A DNA stretch of 64,000 bases from an uncultured Desulfatitalea sp. (GCA_963668675.2 CAXXMB010000001.1:1-64000); one strand, 5' to 3'; shown: positions 19,781-30,089, counted from the first letter of the stretch. Numbers and translations are program-made. The notes: generated from the letters alone by a model not told the origin.

Positions 19781-20314
19781 TTAGCCGATCAACTGTTCTA
19801 TGCGTTCAGCGATCTCTTTGCTCCCCATTCCGGACAGCGTTGCGCACATGCCGTCCAATACGGCCTTGACGACCGCGGTTTTCGGGCGGGGGGAGAGCAG
19901 TTGCACTTCGATGGTTTTGATGTCCGTCACCATCTCTTCGATCTGGTCGTAGTTGCTTTTAGCGGCGGCAACGGCTGATCGCGTAACATCGAGGAGCTGC
20001 TCCACGATCTGGCGGTCCTGTTCGTTGAGCGTGGGCCCAGTTCCGAGTCGGGCGCCAGCGGAGCCGGTCCCGGATATACCGTGCAGCCGCGCTGCCTCGA
20101 TTCCTTCGGCCGTAATGCCGATGCCGCCTGACAGTGTTTTTACTTCCGCCCAGCCACGGCCGATGACCTCTTCGGCCAATTTGCCGGCTTCCTCTTTGGG
20201 TAATCCAATCGCCTCGCCGATTTCGAACATGGACTTCTGGACGGATGTGTCTCCGTCGGTCATTTGATAAAGCTCTATCAAAAAGGATATTTCAGTATCT
20301 TGAGATATGGGCAT
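19781..20314 (-). CDS. Hypothetical protein with possible N-terminal winged helix
   Basis: GAGG RBS, plausible codon usage, helix-turn-helix-like pattern (EIGEAIGLPKEEAGKLAEEVIGRGWAEV...GITAEG). Confidence 0.6.
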   Translation of the reverse strand: MPISQDTEISFLIELYQMTDGDTSVQKSMFEIGEAIGLPKEEAGKLAEEVIGRGWAEVKTLSGGIGITAEGIEAARLHGISGTGSAGARLGTGPTLNEQDRQIVEQLLDVTRSAVAAAKSNYDQIEEMVTDIKTIEVQLLSPRPKTAVVKAVLDGMCATLSGMGSKEIAERIEQLIG

Positions 20315-20540
20315 GGTCGCTTTCCTCTAAACTGGTTTGAAGATATTGAACAACGGAAGGCTCACCATACCACAGCAGTGGATAGATTGAAACGCTGCGG
20401 CAAACGGTGAAAAGAGCGCTGCCGTTCTGCTACGGCCGATATTTTTCGTTGAAGGGCAGCCTGATTTCAACTACAAAACAGAGGTGTCGATTTTTGGTGT
20501 TGGGGCGCCAGGGGCGATGCAATTGGAGAAAGGGGATGTC

Positions 20541-21506
20541 GTGAACGTTTTGGTAACCGGAAATCTGCCCGATGACATTGCCGACCGGGTTCGCACGGTT
20601 CATGAGGCCCGTTTCCATGATCTTGACCGTCCTATGGGGCGGGATGCCTTGCTCAATTCTGTCGCGGATGCCGATGGACTATTATGCATGATCACCGACC
20701 GCATCGACGAGGAGCTGTTCGAACGGGCACCGCGGCTGAAGATCGTGGCCAATTTCGGGGTCGGCTACAACAACATCGATATCGAGGCGGCGGCCCGGCG
20801 GGGGGTGAAGGTCACCAACACACCGGGGGTACTCACGGAGTGTACGGCCGATCTGGCCATGGCCCTGATTCTCGCCGTCGGGCGCCGCATCGTTGAATCG
20901 GATCGGCACACGCGTGAGGGACGTTTTCAATTCTGGGCCCCCTTTCATTTTCTGGGGCATGAGGTCTCCGGGGCGACGCTGGGTATTTTCGGTATGGGGC
21001 GTATCGGTCAGGCCGTTGCGCGTCGTGCCAGGGGGTTTGACATGGCGGTGCTGTATCACAATCGCACCCGGTTGCCGCCGGACAGGGAGCGGGCGCTCGG
21101 GGCGAAGTGGGTCGAGCAGGATCGGCTACTTGAGTGCTCGGACTATGTGTCGCTGCATGTACCGTTGACGCCCGATACCCATCATCTTATCGGAGCAGCG
21201 GCATTGAAGAGAATGAAGCATAGCGCTTTCCTGATCAATACGTCGCGGGGGCCGGTGGTGGACGAGGCCGCCTTGCTGGCGGCGCTGCAGAGGGGGCGTA
21301 TCGCCGGGGCAGGGTTGGATGTCTACGAAAACGAGCCTGTTTTGACGCCTGGATTGACGGAGCTGGACAATGTTGTTCTGCTGCCCCATGTGGGCAGCGC
21401 CACGATGACGACGCGCCGGCGTATGGCTGCCATGGCGGTGGATAATCTGCTGGCCGGATTGGAGGGGGGCGTGCCGCCCAACTGGGTTAATGCGGAGATG
21501 ATGTGA
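20541..21506 (+). CDS. D-glycerate/glyoxylate reductase (D-2-hydroxyacid dehydrogenase)
   Basis: GVGYNNID, GMGRIG, INTSRGPVVDE, DVYENEP, PHVGSAT; start codon uncertain. Confidence 0.9.
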   Translation: MNVLVTGNLPDDIADRVRTVHEARFHDLDRPMGRDALLNSVADADGLLCMITDRIDEELFERAPRLKIVANFGVGYNNIDIEAAARRGVKVTNTPGVLTECTADLAMALILAVGRRIVESDRHTREGRFQFWAPFHFLGHEVSGATLGIFGMGRIGQAVARRARGFDMAVLYHNRTRLPPDRERALGAKWVEQDRLLECSDYVSLHVPLTPDTHHLIGAAALKRMKHSAFLINTSRGPVVDEAALLAALQRGRIAGAGLDVYENEPVLTPGLTELDNVVLLPHVGSATMTTRRRMAAMAVDNLLAGLEGGVPPNWVNAEMM

Positions 21507-21595
21507 GAGGGATAGCCGGTGGCATGAAATAGGATCTGCCTTATTACGACAATGAGGAGTATAGAGAGTTAACTTGGCGTGATGCTACATGATCC

Positions 21596-21775
21596 GGTGA
21601 GCCCGGTGGGTGGCCTGCACCTCACGCAAACGCATGCAAGTGCCGCTAAGCTGCAGTTCCGGGCGTCCCGGAAACTCGCTTGCGCTCAAACAGTCCGGGA
21701 CGCTTATCCTCCACTGCAGCTTAGCGGCTCTAACATGCAATGCTAAAGAGGTGCAGGCCACCCACTGGGCTCACC
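21596..21775. repeat. 180-bp nested-palindrome element (MITE-like)
   Basis: Outer arms 27/28 complementary; inner perfect 16-bp and 10-bp stems; apical AACTCGCTTGCGCTCAAACAG. Confidence 0.8.
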
Positions 21776-21833
21776 TCCGTATTTGGAATTAAGGGCAATA
21801 TCATGAATATCAGGTTTTTCAGCTACTGATCCA

Positions 21834-21924
21834 GGCGGGCATAAAGCCCGCCCCTACAAGATTCGTGTATGGTAATAGATTGTATTTTCACTCAAATTTC
21901 GTAGGGGCGGGCTTTATGCCCGCC
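21834..21924. repeat. GTAG-family REP doublet (REPIN)
   Basis: GTAGGGGCGGGCTTTATGCCCGCC at 21901-21924 and its exact reverse complement at 21834-21857. Confidence 0.85.
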
Positions 21925-22036
21925 CGTTACGTCCGCGTAAGTGAATGACACTGGATTTAAAGGAAATCGATAGCTGAATGTCGCGTCTGAAGAGAAGGCA
22001 TTTTATCATTTAAGCTATAGTGATTGGATTGTTGGG

Positions 22037-23260
22037 ATGAAAGAGTTTTTTGATGTCATCGATATAGATGAAGTGTTGGTCCTCAAGGAGCAGTTTGAAA
22101 TCGTGGGCGCTGGACGGGCACCGCTCGATGATCTGCTTGGGCGCTTTCTGGCCGAAGATGTCGTGGCCGACCGGGATATTCCGGGGTTCGACCGTTCGAC
22201 CATGGATGGATATGCGGTGAGCGCTGGTTCCACGTATGGTGCCAGCGAAGCCAATCCGGCCTATTTAAACGTGGTGGGATCTGTTGGGATGGGGCAGGTT
22301 CCGGCGCATGGGGTGGGGCCGGGGGAGGCATCGCGTATCGCCACCGGCGGTATGCTGCCCCAGGGCGCTGACAGCGTCGTCATGGTAGAGCATGCCGCTG
22401 CTGTGGATGACACGACCATCGAGGTGTATCACAGCGTGGCGCCAGGGCAGCACGTGGTTGCAAAGGATGAAGATGCGGCTGACGGAGAAGTCATGTTGCG
22501 GAGCGGATGCCGGCTGAGGGCTCAGGAGATCGGTCTTCTTGCGGCTTTGGGGTTGCCGACGGTTAAGGCGTTTGATTTTCCCCGTGTAGGGATCATATCG
22601 ACCGGGGATGAAGTGGTGCCGGTGGATGCCGATCCGCGCCCCGGCCAGGTAAGGGACGTCAACGCTTATACCCTGGCCGCTTTGATCCGGCAGGCCGGCG
22701 GTCGCCCGATCCGTTACGGCATCGTCAAGGATCAATATGACGCTTTGCTGGAGGTGTGCCGGCGGGCTCTGGCCGAAACCGATATGGTGCTGGTCTCCGG
22801 GGGCAGTTCGGTGGGCACCCGCGATCTGACCGTGGAGGTTTTGGCCGCCCTTGACGAAAGCGCCATCCTGGTGCATGGGGTCTCCATCAGTCCGGGGAAG
22901 CCGACGATCCTTGCCCGTTGCGGTGCCAAGGCTTTCTGGGGGTTGCCGGGGCATGTGACATCGGCCATGGTGGTGTTTATGGTGTTGGTACGTCCGTTTC
23001 TGATTCATATCGGCGGCGGAGCGGCTGAAGCACAGGTTCGGCTGCGTGCCAGGCTCTCCCGCAACGTGGCGTCCTCCCAGGGGCGGGTCGACTTCGTGCG
23101 CGTGCGGCTGGCCGGGAGAGAAGGCGAAATGTGGGCCGAACCGGTTTTGGGGGCCTCCGGGCTGATCCGTACCATGGTGGCGGCCGATGGTCTGGTGGCG
23201 GTGGATATGAACAGCGAAGGCCTGGACAAGGGCGCCGAAGTGGATGTGCTGCTGTTTTGA
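22037..23260 (+). CDS. moeA: Molybdopterin molybdotransferase
   Basis: RSTMDGYAV, IATGG, STGDE, SGGSSVG, PGKP, GLPG motifs. Confidence 0.93.
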   Translation: MKEFFDVIDIDEVLVLKEQFEIVGAGRAPLDDLLGRFLAEDVVADRDIPGFDRSTMDGYAVSAGSTYGASEANPAYLNVVGSVGMGQVPAHGVGPGEASRIATGGMLPQGADSVVMVEHAAAVDDTTIEVYHSVAPGQHVVAKDEDAADGEVMLRSGCRLRAQEIGLLAALGLPTVKAFDFPRVGIISTGDEVVPVDADPRPGQVRDVNAYTLAALIRQAGGRPIRYGIVKDQYDALLEVCRRALAETDMVLVSGGSSVGTRDLTVEVLAALDESAILVHGVSISPGKPTILARCGAKAFWGLPGHVTSAMVVFMVLVRPFLIHIGGGAAEAQVRLRARLSRNVASSQGRVDFVRVRLAGREGEMWAEPVLGASGLIRTMVAADGLVAVDMNSEGLDKGAEVDVLLF

Positions 23261-23303
23261 TCGCGTGTGCTAAAGGAAGGTATAGGAAAAAGGAACTGAG
23301 ATC

Positions 23304-25229
23304 ATGCCCCCTAAACGCAATGTCTATCTGAAGATGAAGTCTTTGGAGGAGGCCCGGCAGATTGTGTTGGACGCCTTCGGCCAGAGAAAACTGGATGCGG
23401 AGATGGTACCGACGCCTGAGGCGGTGGATCGGATATTGGCCGAACCTGTGGCGGCGCGGCTCTCTTCTCCCCATTTTCATGCTGCGGCCATGGATGGCAT
23501 CGCCGTCCGCGCAAAGGATACTTTCGGTGCCCACCCCTCCAAGCCCCTGGAGCTGAAGGTGGGGGAGACGGCCTTTTATGTGAATACCGGCCATGTGATG
23601 CCTGGCGATAGCGATGCCGTCATCATGATCGAAAATGTCCAGGAGACAGAAGAGGGCAGAGTGGTGATCGAAGCGCCGGCCTTTCCCTGGCAGCACGTGC
23701 GCAAAATGGGAGAAGATATTGTGGCCACCGAAATGCTTTTTGCCCGGCAGCACCGGGTCACCCCTTACTGCGTGGGGGCCCTGCTGGCTGCCGGTCACTT
23801 CAAGGTCAACGTGCTGAAGAAGCCGAGGGTGGCGATTCTGCCCACCGGTTCCGAGCTGGTCGACTGGCAGCGGCTTGGCGATATTGCATTGCGCCCCGGT
23901 CAGGCCATCGAGTCCAACGCCTTCGTTCTGGGCAAGCTGGTCGAGAGGGCCGGCGGGCAGTTCACGCGTCTGGATCTTCTCGGCGACGACATCGAAGCGA
24001 TCCGATCTGCGGTGCAATCGGCGTGTGAAGATGGCGCCGATATGGTCTTTATCGTGGGCGGCTCATCGGCCGGATCGGAAGATTTCGCCCGCGAGGTGAT
24101 CGACCGGTTGGGAGAGATCCTGGTGCACGGTGTCACCATGATGCCGGGCAAACCGACCATTGTGGGGCGGGTGGGAAAGATACCGGTCTTCGGCATGCCC
24201 GGTTATCCCGTATCGACCATCATGGCTTTCGAACAGTTGGTTGAACCGTTCATGGCCAGGCTGCTCGGGCAGCCGCCTGCCCGGCGCTCCCGGGTCGATG
24301 TCGTGCCGACCCGTAAAATCGCATCCAAGCTGGGGGTCGAAGAGTTCGTCAGGGTCAAGATCGGTCAGGTGGGCGATCACCTGGTGGCCACCGCGTTGCC
24401 GCGCGGAGCCGGCCAGATCACCAGCATCACCGAGGCTGACGGCATTGTGCGCATACCGGCCAAGCTGGAAGGCGTGCCCGAAGGGGAGCCGGTCGCGGCC
24501 GAGCTGCTGAAACCCCTCGCCGCTATCGGCCGCACCGTGGTGGTGGTGGGGAGTCACGACAATACCCTGGATCTGCTCGCCGACGAGTTGCGGGCCCAGG
24601 GCACCCATCTGAGTCTCTCTTCGAGCCATGTCGGCAGTCTGGGAGGCCTCATGGCCGCCAAGCGCGGCGTGTGCCATGTGGCCGGTACCCATCTGCTCGA
24701 CGAGCACACGGGGACGTACAACCTGAGCTATATCAAGAAGTATCTGCCCGATATCGGCGTGCGCCTGGTCCACCTGGTGATGCGCGACCAGGGGCTCATG
24801 GTGCCGGTCGGCAACCCCAAGGCCATTTCAGGGTTGGAGGATCTGCGCCGTGGCGATGTGCGTCTGATCAATCGCCAGGGCGGATCGGGCACCCGTATTC
24901 TGCTCGACTACCGTCTGCGGCAATTGGGGATCGCCGCCGACCAGGTGGATGGATATGCCAACGAGGAGTTTACTCACATGGCCGTGGCTGCAGCCGTGGT
25001 GAGCGGTGCGGCCGATGTGGGATTGGGGATCCATGCGGCGGCCAAAGCCCTGGGGCTCGACTTTATCCCGGTGGTGACCGAGCAGTACGACCTGCTGATT
25101 CCGGCGATCTTCTTCGACGGTGACCCCATCCAGACCCTGCTGTCGGTGATCTCCAGCGACGCGTTCAGACAGCGCGTCAATATGCTCGGGGGGTACCACA
25201 CCGAGCGAACCGGTGAAATACTTCTTTGA
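23304..25229 (+). CDS. moeA: MoeA fused to a C-terminal periplasmic-binding-protein-like (molybdate/tungstate-binding) domain
   Basis: AAMDGIAV, PTGSE, PGKP, GMPGYP, then GSHD, GSLGGL, INRQGGSGTR. Confidence 0.9.
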   Translation: MPPKRNVYLKMKSLEEARQIVLDAFGQRKLDAEMVPTPEAVDRILAEPVAARLSSPHFHAAAMDGIAVRAKDTFGAHPSKPLELKVGETAFYVNTGHVMPGDSDAVIMIENVQETEEGRVVIEAPAFPWQHVRKMGEDIVATEMLFARQHRVTPYCVGALLAAGHFKVNVLKKPRVAILPTGSELVDWQRLGDIALRPGQAIESNAFVLGKLVERAGGQFTRLDLLGDDIEAIRSAVQSACEDGADMVFIVGGSSAGSEDFAREVIDRLGEILVHGVTMMPGKPTIVGRVGKIPVFGMPGYPVSTIMAFEQLVEPFMARLLGQPPARRSRVDVVPTRKIASKLGVEEFVRVKIGQVGDHLVATALPRGAGQITSITEADGIVRIPAKLEGVPEGEPVAAELLKPLAAIGRTVVVVGSHDNTLDLLADELRAQGTHLSLSSSHVGSLGGLMAAKRGVCHVAGTHLLDEHTGTYNLSYIKKYLPDIGVRLVHLVMRDQGLMVPVGNPKAISGLEDLRRGDVRLINRQGGSGTRILLDYRLRQLGIAADQVDGYANEEFTHMAVAAAVVSGAADVGLGIHAAAKALGLDFIPVVTEQYDLLIPAIFFDGDPIQTLLSVISSDAFRQRVNMLGGYHTERTGEILL

Positions 25230-25265
25230 AGCAAATCGCCGGACGGAAGGTCCGGAAATGTGAAG

Positions 25266-25703
25266 ATGAAACGTGACGGTCAAAGCGTCTATCGTCTTTT
25301 CGACCACACCGCAGATCTGGGCATGGAGATTTACGGTGACGATCCCCGCGCCCTGTTCACCCATGCTGCCAGGGCGCTGTTCGAGGTGCTTGTCTCGTCG
25401 GTGGGGCAAGCGGATGCCTGCGAAACGGGAGAAGATATCGAGGTGACCGGAGAGGATTGGCCCGACCTGATGGTCAACTGGCTGCGGGAACTGCTCTACC
25501 TGTGGGCCGGACGACAACTGCTTCTCGTTAAGCTCCATATCGAAACAATTGAAGAGACACGGATCTGCGCCCATCTGGAGACGTGTCGTTTCGACCCCCA
25601 GCGGCACCTCATCGAGAAAGAGATCAAGGCGGTCACCTACCATCAGGTCGAGACCGGCCCGCATGGCGGTCGTTGGCGGGCGAGGGTGATCTTCGACACC
25701 TGA
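25266..25703 (+). CDS. Archease
   Basis: DHTAD, KAVTYH and C-terminal IFDT; directly upstream of rtcB. Confidence 0.92.
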   Translation: MKRDGQSVYRLFDHTADLGMEIYGDDPRALFTHAARALFEVLVSSVGQADACETGEDIEVTGEDWPDLMVNWLRELLYLWAGRQLLLVKLHIETIEETRICAHLETCRFDPQRHLIEKEIKAVTYHQVETGPHGGRWRARVIFDT

Positions 25704-25754
25704 GCATTGCCCGAACGAAGAGAACGTATATAACACTGACAGAGGGAGGATGCC

Positions 25755-27188
25755 ATGAAGATTGAGCGCATCGACGACTACCGCTGGCGGGTTGCCCCCT
25801 TCGGTCAGATGAAGGTGCCGGGCATCGTTTACACAAGCGCACGCATGCTCGACCAGTTGAGGGAGGAGCAGGCCCTGACCCAGGTGGCCAATGTGGCCAC
25901 TCTGCCCGGTATTGTCAAAGCATCCATGGCCATGCCGGACATCCACTGGGGGTATGGCTTCCCTATCGGCGGCGTGGCCGCCTTCGACTGGGAGAGCGGT
26001 GTCGTCTCACCCGGAGGGGTCGGTTACGACATCAATTGCGGGGTGCGGCTGGCGGCCACCGATCTGCAACACGACGAGATCCGTGACCGTGTCAGGGAAC
26101 TGGTGGATGCCCTCTACCACCACGTGCCATCGGGTATAGGTTCCATCGGCTCGGTCAAGCTGTCGACCAAGGAGGAGAAGCGGGTGCTGTGCCAGGGCAG
26201 TCGCTGGGCCGTCACAAACGGTTTCGGCCTCGAAGAAGATCTGGAGCACACCGAGGACGGCGGCTGTCTTGGCCATGCGGACCCCGGCGAGGTCTCGCCG
26301 CGCGCCCTGGAGCGCGGCAGCAGACAGCTCGGCACACTGGGGTCGGGAAATCATTTCCTGGAAGTGGGGCTGGTCGAGGAGATCTTTTTGCCCGAGGCTG
26401 CCGATGCCTTTGGACTGAGGGAAGGCCAGGTCACCGTGATGCTGCACAGCGGCTCCAGGGGCTTGGGCTACCAGGTGTGCGACGACGCCCTGGCCCGGCT
26501 CAACCGACACGTTCGCACTCTCGGTATCGAGCTTCCCGATCGACAGCTCGCCTGCGCCTACATCCGCTCCGAAGAGGGGCGGCGCTATCTGAATGCCATG
26601 GCGTGTGCCGCCAATTACGCCTGGGCCAACCGCCAGATTTTGCTTCACCGCTGCCGGGAGGTGTTCGAGCGTACGCTGGGCATCAGCCCGCGTGCCCTCA
26701 ACATGCGCCTGGTCTACGACGTGTGCCACAACATCGCCAAAAAAGAGGAGCACATGGTGGATGGCCGCAAGCAGTGGGTCTGCGTTCATCGAAAAGGAGC
26801 CACACGTGCCTTCGGCCCGGGGCAATCCGCCTTGAGCGTCGATTATCGTCATGTGGGCCAACCGATTTTGATTCCGGGTGACATGGGCACCGCCTCATAT
26901 GTGCTGGTCGGCACCCAGCAGGCCATGGATGAGACCTTCGGGTCCACCTGCCACGGCGCAGGCCGCGTATTGAGCCGCAAGGCGGCCCTGCGCCGCGCCA
27001 AAGGACGCTCCATTGCGAGGGAGCTGGAAGACGAGGGGATTTACGTGCGTTGGACCGGCCGCAGGACCATGGCCGAAGAGATGCCCGAAGCCTACAAAGA
27101 CGTCTCCGAGGTGGTCTCGGTGGTCCACGGAGCCGGGATCTCCAAGAAAGTGGCCCGGCTGCGGCCGCTGGCGGTGGTAAAAGGTTAA
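25755..27188 (+). CDS. rtcB: RtcB RNA ligase
   Basis: MPDIHWGYGFPIG, GYDINCG, GSGNHFLE, HSGSRG, HRKGAT, PGDMG, HGAGR. Confidence 0.96.
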   Translation: MKIERIDDYRWRVAPFGQMKVPGIVYTSARMLDQLREEQALTQVANVATLPGIVKASMAMPDIHWGYGFPIGGVAAFDWESGVVSPGGVGYDINCGVRLAATDLQHDEIRDRVRELVDALYHHVPSGIGSIGSVKLSTKEEKRVLCQGSRWAVTNGFGLEEDLEHTEDGGCLGHADPGEVSPRALERGSRQLGTLGSGNHFLEVGLVEEIFLPEAADAFGLREGQVTVMLHSGSRGLGYQVCDDALARLNRHVRTLGIELPDRQLACAYIRSEEGRRYLNAMACAANYAWANRQILLHRCREVFERTLGISPRALNMRLVYDVCHNIAKKEEHMVDGRKQWVCVHRKGATRAFGPGQSALSVDYRHVGQPILIPGDMGTASYVLVGTQQAMDETFGSTCHGAGRVLSRKAALRRAKGRSIARELEDEGIYVRWTGRRTMAEEMPEAYKDVSEVVSVVHGAGISKKVARLRPLAVVKG

Positions 27189-27207
27189 AATAGCAGGAAT
27201 CTTGTCG

Positions 27208-27248
27208 TTTCAATGAGTTCTGGATGCCGGATCAAGTCCGGCATGACG
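27208..27248 (-). repeat. CGTC-type REP, partial copy of the element at 58906-59040
   Basis: Reverse complement CGTCATGCCGGACTTGATCCGGCATCCAGAACTCATTGAAA matches 58933-58973 at 39/41. Confidence 0.85.
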
Positions 27249-27333
27249 GGTAAGTGACCTTTTTTGCAATTGCCGCGCCTCTCTGGTAAATAGCGGTACG
27301 CAACGCATCGGGTGCAAACAAGGAGAGGGATGG

Positions 27334-28689
27334 ATGATCAATCCGGAAATATTTCGACAATACGATATTCGTGGTGTCGCTGGCAAAGATATGCAGGCTG
27401 AGGATGTGGTGCTCATGGGCAGGGGCATCGGGACCTATCTGCAGCAGCAGGGCAATCTGTTTCTTGCCGTGGGGCGTGACTGCCGGGTGACCTCGGATGA
27501 GTACGCCGAACGGCTGATCGAAGGGCTTTTAGCGACCGGCTGCCGCGTGGTGGACATCGGCGTATGCCCGACACCGGTCTCCTATTTCGCGATTCGTCAT
27601 CTGGAGACCGAGGGGGCCGTGATGGTCACGGCCAGCCACAACCCGCCCGAGTACAACGGGTTCAAGATCTGCAGCGGGCCGGACTCGGTATACGGCGATC
27701 AGATCCAGCAGATCCGCCGCATCATCGAAGAGAGGGCTTTCACCGAAGGAGCGGGCTCTTCCGAGGAGATTGAAATACTGCCCGACTACATCGAATATGT
27801 GCTGGACAACATCGAACTACAGCGCCCGCTTCGGGTGGGGCTTGATGCGGGCAACGGCACGGCCGGGATCACGGCCGTGCCGATCATCGATAACCTGGGG
27901 TGTGAGGTCCACGAACTCTACACCGACATGGACGGTGCATTTCCCAATCACGAAGCCGATCCCACCGTAGCCGCCAATATGGCGGACCTGATCGCCCTGG
28001 TCAGAGAGAAGAGACTGGATGTGGGCCTGGGCTTCGACGGAGACGGCGACCGCATCGGTGTCGTGGACGCCGATGGCAGCCTGATTTACGGCGACCAGTT
28101 GATGATTCTCTTCAGCCGCGAAATTCTCAGCAGAAAACCGGGGGCCACCTTTATCGCCGAGGTCAAGTGCTCCAAGACCATGTATGACGATATTGAAAAG
28201 AACGGCGGGAAGGCCATTATGTGGAAGACCGGCCATTCGATGATTAAAAAGAAGATGAAAGAGATTCACGCCGAACTGGCCGGCGAGATGAGCGGGCACA
28301 TCTTCTTTTCGGACCGCTATTTCGGCTATGACGATGCGACCTATGCCGCCTGCCGTCTGTTGGAAATACTGGCCGCCACCGGGAAAAGCGTCGGAGAGCT
28401 GCTGGCCGATGTTCCCAAAATGTTCAATACACCGGAAATTCGGGTGGATTGTCCCGATGACATCAAGTTCGATGTGGTGGCCCGGGTGACGGAATACTTC
28501 CGACAGCGGGAGAGGGTGATTGACATCGACGGCGTGCGTGTGCTCTTCGATGATGGCTGGGGGCTGGTAAGAGCCTCCAATACCCAGCCGGCCCTGGTGC
28601 TGCGCTTCGAAGCGTTGTCGGAGCAACGGCTTAATGGAATCAGGGAGGCGGTTGAGTCGGTATTGGAACGAATCAAGAGAGAAATTTGA
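27334..28689 (+). CDS. Phosphomannomutase/phosphoglucomutase
   Basis: FRQYDIRG, TASHNP, FDGDGDR, GEMSGH, RASNTQP. Confidence 0.95.
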   Translation: MINPEIFRQYDIRGVAGKDMQAEDVVLMGRGIGTYLQQQGNLFLAVGRDCRVTSDEYAERLIEGLLATGCRVVDIGVCPTPVSYFAIRHLETEGAVMVTASHNPPEYNGFKICSGPDSVYGDQIQQIRRIIEERAFTEGAGSSEEIEILPDYIEYVLDNIELQRPLRVGLDAGNGTAGITAVPIIDNLGCEVHELYTDMDGAFPNHEADPTVAANMADLIALVREKRLDVGLGFDGDGDRIGVVDADGSLIYGDQLMILFSREILSRKPGATFIAEVKCSKTMYDDIEKNGGKAIMWKTGHSMIKKKMKEIHAELAGEMSGHIFFSDRYFGYDDATYAACRLLEILAATGKSVGELLADVPKMFNTPEIRVDCPDDIKFDVVARVTEYFRQRERVIDIDGVRVLFDDGWGLVRASNTQPALVLRFEALSEQRLNGIREAVESVLERIKREI

Positions 28690-28693
28690 TTGC

Positions 28694-28856
28694 CAGTATG
28701 AAAGTGGAAAGAAAGAAGAAAAGTATTAAAGTAAGAAAGTATGAAAGTTAAGGTATTCTGTCTGGTTTTAGAGAAAGAGGTTTATTGCATCTCTTTTATA
28801 AATGATAGAATTCCATCACTTTCATACTTTCCACTTTCTTACTTTCATACTTTTCT
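28694..28856. repeat. Inverted octamer-array element, copy 1
   Basis: AAAGTATG-like units on the left, complementary CATACTTT units on the right, core GGTATTCTGTCT...ATGATAGAATTCC. Confidence 0.75.
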
Positions 28857-28919
28857 TCAAAGTCGACGATGTCCCAGGGTGCGTTTTTAAATGGCAAGCC
28901 TCCAACTCCCGGTCGTCAA

Positions 28920-30089
28920 ATGAATAAAAGCGTTTTTGCCACCCTTTTCTTTGCGCTCTTTTCCACCATTACCGGTGTGGGGATCGTCGTTCCGTTGCTG
29001 CCGGTGTATGCCCATAGCCTTGGGGCTGCCGGTATCTATATCGGTCTGATCTTCGGTGCGTTCTCCATTTCGCGGACCTTCTTTCTGCCATACTTCGGAC
29101 GGCTGTCCGACAGCAAAGGGCGCAAGCCCTTTATCGTCATCGGGTTGCTGGCCTACACACTGGTGTCGGTGGCCTTCGTCTTCACCACCCAGGTGATGCA
29201 CCTGATCGTCATCCGATTTTTGCAAGGCATCGCCTCGGCCATGATCATGCCGGTGGTTCAGGCATATGTGGGCGACATTACACCCCCCGGGCGGGAGGGC
29301 TTCATGATGGGGCTTTTCAATATGTCGCTCTTTCTCGGCCTGAGTCTGGGGCCGGTGGCTGGCGGGGTGATCAGCGACTATCTGGGGCTGAGGGCGACTT
29401 TTGTCTGTATGGGGGTCCTCTCCCTGGTCGGGTTCGCCCTCTGTTTGTGGTTGCTGCCGCCCACCCGGGAGGAGGCGGTGGTCCACCGTCGCCGGCCGCC
29501 GTTGCACTGGCGCGTTATCGTTGCTGATCGGACGGTCGCCGGGCTATTTATCTTCCGTTTTACTTATACGGCCGGCATTGGGGTGATCTGGGGGTTCCTG
29601 CCGGTGCTGGCCGCTGCCGAGCTGAAGTTGAGCAGTTCCAGTATTGGTGTCCTGGTCATGCTCGGGGTGCTGGTGTCCGGGATCGTTCAACTGCCCATGG
29701 GCAAGCTCGCGGATGTGGCCAATCGAAAGGTGATGGTGGCGGTGGGAGGCGTGCTGGCTGGCGTGGCCATGTTGGCCTATCAGCACGCCTATAGCTATGA
29801 ATATCTTTTCGGGGTCAGCGTCCTGTTCGGTCTCGGAGGCGGTACGGCCATGCCGGCGCTGATGGCCATGGCGGTGATCAAAGGCCAAAATACCGCGTCC
29901 ATGGGGTCGGTCATCGCCTTGCTGACCATGGCTCACAGCATGGGGATGCTCATCGGCTCTGTGGGGGCTGGGTTGCTCATGGATTGGTTCCAACTGCGAT
30001 ATGCATTTTCGGCTGGGGCCATGCTTATGTTCGCCGGTGTCATCGCCTTTGTGATTTGCGCAGTCGGCAAATCCGCACAAGAGAGCTGA
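28920..30089 (+). CDS. MFS transporter (DHA1-like)
   Basis: Motif A GRLSDSKGRK, RFLQG, LGPVAGG; about 12 hydrophobic segments. Confidence 0.9.
   Translation: MNKSVFATLFFALFSTITGVGIVVPLLPVYAHSLGAAGIYIGLIFGAFSISRTFFLPYFGRLSDSKGRKPFIVIGLLAYTLVSVAFVFTTQVMHLIVIRFLQGIASAMIMPVVQAYVGDITPPGREGFMMGLFNMSLFLGLSLGPVAGGVISDYLGLRATFVCMGVLSLVGFALCLWLLPPTREEAVVHRRRPPLHWRVIVADRTVAGLFIFRFTYTAGIGVIWGFLPVLAAAELKLSSSSIGVLVMLGVLVSGIVQLPMGKLADVANRKVMVAVGGVLAGVAMLAYQHAYSYEYLFGVSVLFGLGGGTAMPALMAMAVIKGQNTASMGSVIALLTMAHSMGMLIGSVGAGLLMDWFQLRYAFSAGAMLMFAGVIAFVICAVGKSAQES

Noticed and set aside
25755..27188. Intein or intron in rtcB
   Set aside because: Normal length with contiguous motifs
28694..28856. Short repeats as a possible CRISPR array
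   Set aside because: 8-nt units with no unique spacers, inverted arrangement, and no cas genes
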